A stretch of 64,000 nucleotides of DNA from positions 224,001-288,000 of the forward strand of contig CAWGXH010000005.1 of NCBI GenBank assembly GCA_963826525.1, written 5' to 3'. Both the position numbers and the translations under genes were made by a program. Numbering within the stretch: the stretch's first letter is position 1; each line of letters begins with the position of its first letter. Positions 56,385-64,000 of this stretch are shown here, piece by piece. The DNA is from an uncultured Methanomicrobiaceae archaeon. Its GTDB lineage: Archaea; Halobacteriota; Methanomicrobia; Methanomicrobiales; Methanoculleaceae. The notes below the pieces were generated by a model. The model ran no database searches. It was given only the letters and a program-made list of their open reading frames with translations, and had not been told where the DNA came from.

Positions 56385-57996
56385 TTATTCTCTCTCCCGG
56401 ATCTGCTCATCGAGCTCCGGCAGAGGTTCGATCCGGGAGACTGCGGCAGGTCCCGGAGAGGGGAGAGGAGTGCCGACAGAGAGGGGTTGGATGTACCAGC
56501 CGGTCATGGTCTCGTCGAGAACCGTATCGGTATTCTTCTGGGTCAGCAGGCTGACGACGATCATGGTCCCGATTGAGATGAACAGCGCGTAGAGGCTGAA
56601 GTGCACCGGCAGTTTTGCCACGTACTGGTGCCAGTAGCCGAAGACCCCGGCAGAGATAAGGCCGAACGCCATGCTGGCGATCGCCCCCTCTGCGGTTGCG
56701 CCCCGCCAGTACAGCCCGGCCAGAAGCGGGACTGCGAAGGTGGCGAGCATGACCCCGATACCCATCCAGATCAGCCATGCCAGCATCGGCGGCGGGCTGA
56801 TGGCAAGCAGGAGCGTTCCGCCTGCTGCGATGATGACCGCAACCTTCGAGACGAGGAGCACCTCTTTGTCGGGTGCGGACGGGCGGAGGATATTCTTGTA
56901 GATGTCCCAGGCAAACATCGTCCCGACGGTCAGCATCAGGCGGTCGGTCGTGGACATGACGGCTGCAAGGACGATGACGGCGAAGAGCGCCCATAACGCA
57001 ACGCTCGGCATCGCATACTCCACACCGGAGATGAACGCAAAATCCTGGGCGTTGACCATATTCGGGAGCACTATCGTCCCCTCTTCGACGAGCGAGCGGA
57101 CTGCAAACCCGGCGAACTTCACGAGGAACATCACTACCGCATAGATGACGAAGGCGACGAGCGGCGCCCACTTGAAGTACTTGGCCTCTTTTGCTGCGAG
57201 AACGTTGTTGATGACGTGGGGTGCACAGGCAAGCCCGACGGTCAGCAGAATCCCGAACGAGAAGAGGAACTCGGGTGTTGCGTAGGCGTAGGGTGCGTAG
57301 GCCGGTGACGGGTACCAGGGCTGGATGAAGTTCGGGTCGACGCCGGCGAGCACCACGTTGATATGCTCGAGCCCTCCGGCGGCGAGCACCACGAGCGGCG
57401 CCATCACGAGGACTCCGATGATCAGAATGCCGCCCTGCACCAGGGTCGTCCAGGACACAGCATAGAGCCCTCCGACTACCGTGTATGCGGTGATGATAAC
57501 GCCGGAGATGAGAAGTGCCCAGGTATGCGGGATCTCAAAGAGCCAGACGAGGACGATGCTGATCGCCGTGTACTGGCCGACGAGGTAGATCAGCGAGACG
57601 ACGATGCCGGCGACGGCGGAAAGTCCCCGCAGCGCCCCCGGACTCTCGAACCGATGGGCAAGGTAGTCCTGCACGGTGAGGTAGCCGTGGGATTTTCCCA
57701 CGTGGTGGAGTTTGACGCCGAAGACGACGATACAGAAGGCTGCAGCGAGCGGGACGAAGATCTGCTCCCAGATCCCCGGCCATCCGGATGCAAACCCGAA
57801 CCCGCTGACCCCGAGAAGCGTCATTCCGCTGCAGATGGAGCAGACGATAAGGATGGTGAAGACCCAGAACCCGAGCGACCTGCCTGCAAGGATGTAGTCC
57901 TCGGTGTTGTGAATCTTTCCCGATGCCCAGCTCGCCGATGCCGATCAGGACGATGAAGTAGAGTGCTATCAGCCCGAGGGTTATCGGATCGATCAT
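56385..57996 (-). CDS. Sodium:solute symporter family transporter (frameshift near 57930)
   Basis: DYILAGRSLG, ICSGMTLLGVSG, DYLAHRF, YTVVGGLYAVSWT, LAAVMSTTD, GLYWRGAT. Confidence 0.92.
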
Positions 57997-58106
57997 CAGC
58001 ACCCTGCCTCCCTAAAGTTCATGCCCCAGAGGAAGAGCAGAACGACGATGGCGACGAACGCACCACTTACTGCAAGCGCCGTTTCAAGAGGAAGACCAAG
58101 GATCAT
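57996..58106 (-). CDS. 36-aa single-TM symporter accessory peptide (below the ORF track cutoff)
   Basis: MILGLPLETALAVSGAFVAIVVLLFLWGMNFREAGC; its TGA overlaps the SSS ATG (TGATG). Confidence 0.75.
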   Translation of the reverse strand: MILGLPLETALAVSGAFVAIVVLLFLWGMNFREAGC

Positions 58107-58207
58107 AGTGTGCTATATGTTAGCGTGCTACATATTAACATGATCGATCCGGACGTATACCGCCAGGCGTTCGGCAGCAGAAGAAAAGAGGGGAGAGTTA
58201 CTCTTAC

Positions 58208-58709
58208 TTAGCGCTCTGAACGGTCTTCGAACCGCGGAGAATAGCGATCTTCCCCGTCCTGACGAGTCTCTTTGATGCCGTACTGGCGTAGCAGCTTCTC
58301 GAGCGCATCGATCTTGCCGGTATCGCCGACGACCTGCAAGAGCAGCGTCCTCGTGCCGACATCGACGATCTGCGCCCGGAATATATCGGCTATCTGCATG
58401 ATCTCTGCACGGGACGTGCCCGGCTCTGCGGACACTTTAATCAGGGCGAGCTCCCGGTCGACGCTCTCGCGCTCGGTGATGTCGGAGACCTTGATCACCT
58501 CGATGAGTTTGTTCGCCTGCTTCATCACCTGCTCGATCTTAACGTCGTCACCGTTCACGACGATGGTTATCCGGCTCATATTCGGCTCTTCGCAGGTGCC
58601 GACGGCAAGGCTCTCTATGTTGAAACCCCGCCGGGAGAACATGCCGGCGACGCGGTGAGAGAACGCCCGCCCGGTTCTCCACGAGCACGCTGAGTGTATG
58701 CGACTTCAT
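58208..58709 (-). CDS. ilvN: Acetolactate synthase small subunit (frameshifted)
   Basis: HTLSVLVEN, FSRRGFNIESLAVG, SRITIVV, RELALIKV, IFRAQIVDV. Confidence 0.93.
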
Positions 58710-60385
58710 TTCTGGTGCACCCCGATCATCTCGTTGATGGCCGCTCCCGCAGGTGCCATCGGAAAGACGTTCTCCTCGCGCTCGATCCGGAAGTCGAGGA
58801 CGAACGGCCCGTCGGTCGCAAGCGCCGTCTCGAGCGCCTCGCGGACGGCGTCCTTCGTCTCGACCTTGATGCCGTCAATGCCGTAGGCCTGCGCTATCTT
58901 GACGAAATCGACCGGCGGCAGCTCCGTGTAAGAGTAGCGCCGGTCGTAGAAGAGCTCCTGCCACTGCCGCACCATCCCGAGGTACATGTTGTTCAGGACG
59001 ACCACTTTCACGGGGATATCGTACTGGGCGACCGTCCCGAGCTCCTGGATGTTCATCTGGAAACTGCCGTCGCCGGCGATATCGACGACGGGCATATCGG
59101 GCCGGGCGTAATGCGCACCGATCGCGGCCGGGAAGCCGTAGCCCATCGTGCCGAGCCCGCCGGAGGTGAGCCACGTGCGCGGTTTTGTGAAGCAGTAGTG
59201 GAGCGCCGTCCACATCTGGTTCTGCCCGACCTCGCTGACGATGATCCCCTCGCCCTTCAGGATGTCGGCGAGCTGGCGGATGATATACTGCGGCCGGAGA
59301 TGGTCGTCGTCGGGGAAGCCGATCGGATAACGCACTTTCCAGTCCGCCACCCGGCTCTGCCACCCGCTCGTCTCACCGTGCTTCTGCATCCGCTGGAGCA
59401 TCGCTTGAAGAACAAGCCGGACGTCGCCGACGATCGGGACGTCGACCGGCTTGTTCTTCCCGATCTCCGCGGGATCGATATCGACGTGAACGATCGTCGC
59501 GTTCGGCGCGAACGCCTCTATCTTTCCGGTCACCCGGTCGTCGAAACGGACGCCGATGGCGAGGAGGAGATCGCACTCGGTGATGGCGTAGTTTGCCGCG
59601 GGCGTTCCGTGCATCCCGAGCATCCCGAGATGCAGCGGATGGTCGCAGGGGACGACGACCGAGCCCCATCAGGGTGGTGGTCACCGGGATTGCCGCCCGC
59701 TCCGCAAACTCCACGAGTTCGGCCGATGCGTTGGAGAGGATAACCCCGCCGCCTGCATAGATGACCGGCCGCGCAGCCTCTGCTATCAGGGAGAGGGCTT
59801 TGTCGATCTGCCGGGCGTGCCCCTGGTACGTGGGCTGGTAGCCGCGGAGGGATACCTCTGCAGGCAAGGCTCTCTCGGCTCGTGACCTGGTTCGTGGTAA
59901 CGTCTTTCGGGAGATCGACGAGGACGCGGGCCGGGCCTGCCGGTTCCGGCGACGTAGAACGCCTCCCGGATCACGCCGGCGAGGTCGGCACCGTTCTTCA
60001 CCAGATAGTTGTGCTTCGTGACCGGCATGGTGATCCCGGTGATATCCGACTCCTGGAACGCGTCGTTGCCGAGCATCCCCGTCGGAACCTGGCCGGTGAG
60101 CGCGACGACGGGGACGGAGTCCATATACGCCGTCGCGATTCCGGTCACGAGGTTGCATGCACCGGGACCTGATGTGGCGAGGCATACACCTACCCGGCCG
60201 CTTGCGCGTGCATACCCGTCGGCTGCATGTGCCGCTGCCTGTTCGTGCCTCACCAGTATGTGCCGGATCGACGAGTCGTAGAGCTCGTCGTAGATCGGCA
60301 GCACCGAGCCTCCGGGGTAGCCGAATATGGTGTCCACCCCTTCGCGCTGCAGCGCTTCAATCAGTATCTTCGCTCCGGTTTTCAT
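58706..60385 (-). CDS. ilvB: Acetolactate synthase large subunit (frameshifted)
   Basis: [42 protein letters not shown], ThDP motif GDGSF..NN, MVRQWQ. Confidence 0.95.
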
Positions 60386-61915
60386 GCTCTTCCCGTAATA
60401 GTCTGTTCATACCTGCGATAACTGCTTCGACGCTCGCCGTGATAATATCCGTCCGGGCACCACGGCTGGTCACGGTCTTTCCGTCTTTCGAGAGTTTCAC
60501 CGTCACGTCGACGAGGGCATCCGTACCGCCGACGATTGCTTCGACGTGGTACTGCTCGAGCCTGACCGTGCCGACGGCGGCGACCGACCGCTGAAGCGCG
60601 CGGATAGCCGCATCGACAGGGCCGTTCCCCGTGGCGGCGCCGGTGATCTCCTCTCCATTTACGAGCAGCGTCACCGATGCGGTCGGCATCGCGTTGCTCC
60701 CGGAGACGATCGTGAACTGCCGGAGTTCGATCGCCGGGGTATACTCGATCTCGAAGACGGCATCGGCGATCGTCATCATATCGGCGTCGGTGATCCGTTT
60801 CCCGGCGTCGCCGAGTCTGCTTTATCCGGCTGACGATCTCTGCGAGCTGGTGCGGCTGCGGGTGGTAGCCCATCTCGTGAAGGGCGGTCTCGACGGCTGC
60901 AGACCCCGAATGCTTGCCAAGGACGATCCGCCTCCTGCGGCCGACCCGTTCCGGGGTTATCGACTCATAGGTGGTCGCATCCCGCATCACCCCGTGGGCG
61001 TGGATGCCGCTCTCGTGCGTGAAGGCCATCTCGCCGACGATCGGCTTGTTCGTGGCAAGCGGAACCCCGGTCAGCCGGGAGACGACTGTCGAGAGGTGGT
61101 AGAGTTTCCCGGTCTCGATGCCGGTTCGCCGCCCGTACAGCACTTCGAGCGACATCACGAGTTCTTCGAACGCCGTGTTCCCCGCCCGCTCCCCGAGGCC
61201 GTTGACGGTCGCGTGAGCACAGGTCGCCCCGGCACGGAGCGCGGCGACGGTGGTTGCGAGCGCAAACCCGAGGTCGTCGTGGCAGTGGATGGAGAGCGGT
61301 GCCATGCAGAGCGGCGGGATGACCTCGGCTGCCCGTTCGGGCGTTAAGAGGCCGACAGTGTCGCAGAAGCAGAGCCGGTCGGCTCCGCGCTCGATACCTT
61401 CCCGGAAGATCTCGCGGAGAAAATCCTGATCCGCCCTCGATGCGTCTTCACCGCTGAGCTCAACGATAAGCCCGCGGCTTTTCGCGTACTCGATGGCACT
61501 CCAGGCCATCTCGCAGACCTGTTCGCGGGTCTTCCTGAGTTTCTTCTCGATATGCAGGTCGCTTACCGGAACAACGAGGTGTACCGAGTCTGCACCGAAA
61601 TCGGCAGCGAGATCGATATCCTGAGGCAAGCGCCCGGACGTAGGTGCAGCATTCGGCGGCAAGGCCTGCGTCGGAGATGAGCCGTATTGCTTCGCGTTCG
61701 CCGACGGATGCGGCAGCGGAACCTGCCTCGATGACGTCGACGCCGATATCGGAGAGGTGCGATGCAATCTCGAGTTTCTCTGCCGGGGTCAGCGATACGC
61801 CCGGGGTCTGTTCACCATCACGTAGTGTGGTGTCAAAAAAGCGAATCCTACTTCCAGATGAATCCTTACGGTCAAACGATCCGTGTAGCTTCGATTCACC
61901 CAATAAAACAATCAC
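60357..61915 (-). CDS. cimA: (R)-citramalate synthase (LeuA family), frameshifted
   Basis: [23 protein letters not shown] (CimA-type), [32 protein letters not shown] regulatory domain; co-transcribed with ilvBN. Confidence 0.8.
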
Positions 61916-62001
61916 TCATGGACAGTTGTCACCAGGAATAGGTGCGCCGGAGAGATACTTAAATGTTGAGCCTTATCTTGTCCAAAAAAGGGGAACAGTG
62001 T

Positions 62002-62691
62002 TTATGCCGGTGCAGGAGCGCTGTCGTAGATCAGCGTGATGTACCGGTAGGAGAATACGACGAATGCCGGCGCCAGCAGGAAGAGGAGCAGCCATCCGAT
62101 GAGCGGGATCAGGAGCAGGACGAACTCGACGATCAGGAGGACTATCCCGAGGATGATGAGGGCGGCGAAGTAGGAGAGCCACCCGACCTGCCCGATATGC
62201 TGGGTGATGGCACGGAGGTTGAATGCCTCGCCGAACCTGCCGGTGCGGGCGTAGCGGATACCGCCGAAGTTAGCCATAAGGCCGATGGCGATCGCGAGAA
62301 GGACGATGACGACCGCCAGGATGACCGCGACAACAGCCCCGAACGGGAGACCGGCGGAGCCGACCGGGTCGCCGGTCATCGCAGGCCCGCTCGTGACCGT
62401 TGCCGGGATGAAGTACAGCGCCAGGGAGACGAAGGCGATCAGGTAGATAGGGATAGCGTAGACGAGATAGATCACGAAGAGGACAATTCCTTCGATGAAC
62501 ATCGAAACGAGATTATCTGCCTCGGGAGCCGGCTTGGTGCCGCGCATGATCCGGACGGTATAGCCGTAGATCAGCGGGAAGACGATCGTCGAGATGAGGA
62601 GGATGAGCCATCTTCCCCAATTTCCCCAGAGAGCATCTTTCGTATACTCGTATGAGTCTTTAAGCATCGATCCGAATTCCATGAATATCAC
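62002..62691 (-). CDS. DUF4013 membrane protein, copy 1
   Basis: YTKDALWGNWGRW, LIYGY..RIMRG..PAPE, RYARTGRFGEAFN, RYITLIYDS. Confidence 0.85.
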   Translation of the reverse strand: MIFMEFGSMLKDSYEYTKDALWGNWGRWLILLISTIVFPLIYGYTVRIMRGTKPAPEADNLVSMFIEGIVLFVIYLVYAIPIYLIAFVSLALYFIPATVTSGPAMTGDPVGSAGLPFGAVVAVILAVVIVLLAIAIGLMANFGGIRYARTGRFGEAFNLRAITQHIGQVGWLSYFAALIILGIVLLIVEFVLLLIPLIGWLLLFLLAPAFVVFSYRYITLIYDSAPAPA

Positions 62692-62845
62692 CGATTCTTT
62701 TCTGATGAAAAGGTTTGTTTTCGCTCAAATATAGTTATCCAACATCCAGAGGGTATATTCCAGGTAAATAGACGGTTTTTGAGACTATCCGGGGGGCCGT
62801 GCACCTCGTGCGTCCTGGCCGTTCGGCCATCGGAAAAGGGTGGGA

Positions 62846-63532
62846 TTATCTGAATTCTGCCCCGCCGCTGTCGTAGATGAGGGTAATGTACCGGGCGATG
62901 AAGATGAGGTACGCCGGGTACAGGAAGAGCCCGATCAGCCACCCGATGATCGGGATAACTCCGATAATACCGATGATTATGGAGTAGACGATTCTGACGA
63001 TCCAGAGGATGATGAGCGCGATGATATACTCTCCCCACCTGATCCGGTTGATCTGCTCGAAGATTGCGGTGAAGTTGAAGGCTTCCGCGATGTTGTTCGT
63101 CCTCGCGTACCTGACGGCTGCGATGATGAGCACGATGTAAATGATGATCTGCAGGATCATGACGAGGACGATGCCGATTGCGAGGCCGGCGAGCGTGCTC
63201 AGTACCGTATCGACCAGTGCCACCGGATCGCCTGCCAGGTAGAGATCGATGAAGGTATTGTATGCCCCCCCGAAGAAGAGTGCCATCACGATCCAGACCG
63301 GTATGAAGTAGATGATCCCGAGGACGAAGAGTTTCAGGCCGTCGACGAACATCTTCACCCCGTCGGTAAGTTCGGGTGCAGGTTTTGCTCCCCGAAAGAT
63401 TCTGAACATATACCCGAGGATAAATGGAAAGATGATCGTCCCGATCGCGAGCAGTATCCATTTTCCCCATTTTCCAAAGAGCCCGTCTTTCGTATACCCG
63501 TACGCGCTCCCAAGCATCTCTGCGATATCCAT
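62846..63532 (-). CDS. DUF4013 membrane protein, copy 2
   Basis: YTKDGLFGKWGKW, GY..RIFRG..PAPE, RYARTNNIAEAFN, RYITLIYDS. Confidence 0.85.
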   Translation of the reverse strand: MDIAEMLGSAYGYTKDGLFGKWGKWILLAIGTIIFPFILGYMFRIFRGAKPAPELTDGVKMFVDGLKLFVLGIIYFIPVWIVMALFFGGAYNTFIDLYLAGDPVALVDTVLSTLAGLAIGIVLVMILQIIIYIVLIIAAVRYARTNNIAEAFNFTAIFEQINRIRWGEYIIALIILWIVRIVYSIIIGIIGVIPIIGWLIGLFLYPAYLIFIARYITLIYDSGGAEFR

Positions 63533-63722
63533 AGTTGCTTCCCCCTAGTAGCGGGAAGGCTTGCCATAGCCCTATTTAAATCTATCTGCCTCCTGCATAG
63601 GTGGAGAACCGGAATCTCCCCACTCTTCCGCTCTGCTTGAAGAGGTGTAACTAGGCAGAGATGGGCAGCGGACAGCGGCTGAGCCCGGACACGAAAAAAT
63701 AGGGGAGGTTGTCGGTTTGCCG

Positions 63723-64000
63723 TTACGCGGGCGCCGGTTCGCTCTCGTAGATGATGGCAAAGTAGCGTGCGACGAAGACGGCAAACGCCACGCCGAGGAA
63801 GAGCTCGATGATCCACCCGAGGATCGGGATCATGCTGAGAATTCCGACGATAAGGCCGTAGATGAATGAGAGGACGATGAGTATGATGACGGCGAGGATC
63901 CAGGTTCCCCAGCCGATCTTCCCGATGTGCTCGAGGATGGCGCCGAAGTTGAATGCCTGGCCGAAGCTCTCCGTGTGGGCGAACCGCAGCATGCCGAAGG
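63723..64000 (-). CDS. DUF4013 membrane protein, copy 3 (partial)
   Basis: RFAHTESFGQAFNFGAILEHIGKIGW..IPILGW..ARYFAIIYES. Confidence 0.8.
   Translation of the reverse strand, partial: FGMLRFAHTESFGQAFNFGAILEHIGKIGWGTWILAVIILIVLSFIYGLIVGILSMIPILGWIIELFLGVAFAVFVARYFAIIYESEPAPA

Overview
GC-rich chromosomal DNA from a methanogenic archaeon, most likely Methanomicrobiales (Methanoculleus-like). This assignment is inferred from cimA-ilvB-ilvN, hypD, DUF4013 paralogs, REC-PAS hybrid kinases, TATA-type promoters and tRNAs without encoded CCA. Many genes, including housekeeping ones (hypD, ilvB, ilvN, cimA, glgB, glgP), are broken by single-base indels, the pattern of an unpolished long-read assembly, so I treat them as probably intact. 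Main content: a 12 kb glycogen/alpha-glucan cluster (two malQ, two GH57 proteins, GT4, glgB, glgP), a bacterial-type Orn/Lys/Arg decarboxylase, a NarI/HdrE-like plus HdrD-like pair, tRNA-Arg(CCG), tRNA-Thr(GGT), an ercA plus ErcS-like sensor pair, several PAS proteins, a Cas4/Dna2-like nuclease-SF1 helicase near a 2H phosphoesterase, a solo ATP-cone protein, an SSS transporter with a 36-aa partner, and branched-chain amino acid genes. The most notable signals are: (1) three perfect GTTACA-N4-TGTAAC palindromes bracketing the TATA box of a small orphan RHH-like gene; (2) two PAS sensors ending in a shared DHp-like tail with a swapped H-box (DHIR) and no ATPase domain, one of them the partner of ErcA; (3) a heme-b-type membrane subunit plus CCG protein in a lineage considered cytochrome-free; (4) a GH57 protein that appears to lack its catalytic nucleophile. 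No CRISPR array, rRNA, integrase or transposase was seen. All family calls come from motif recognition, not database searches.
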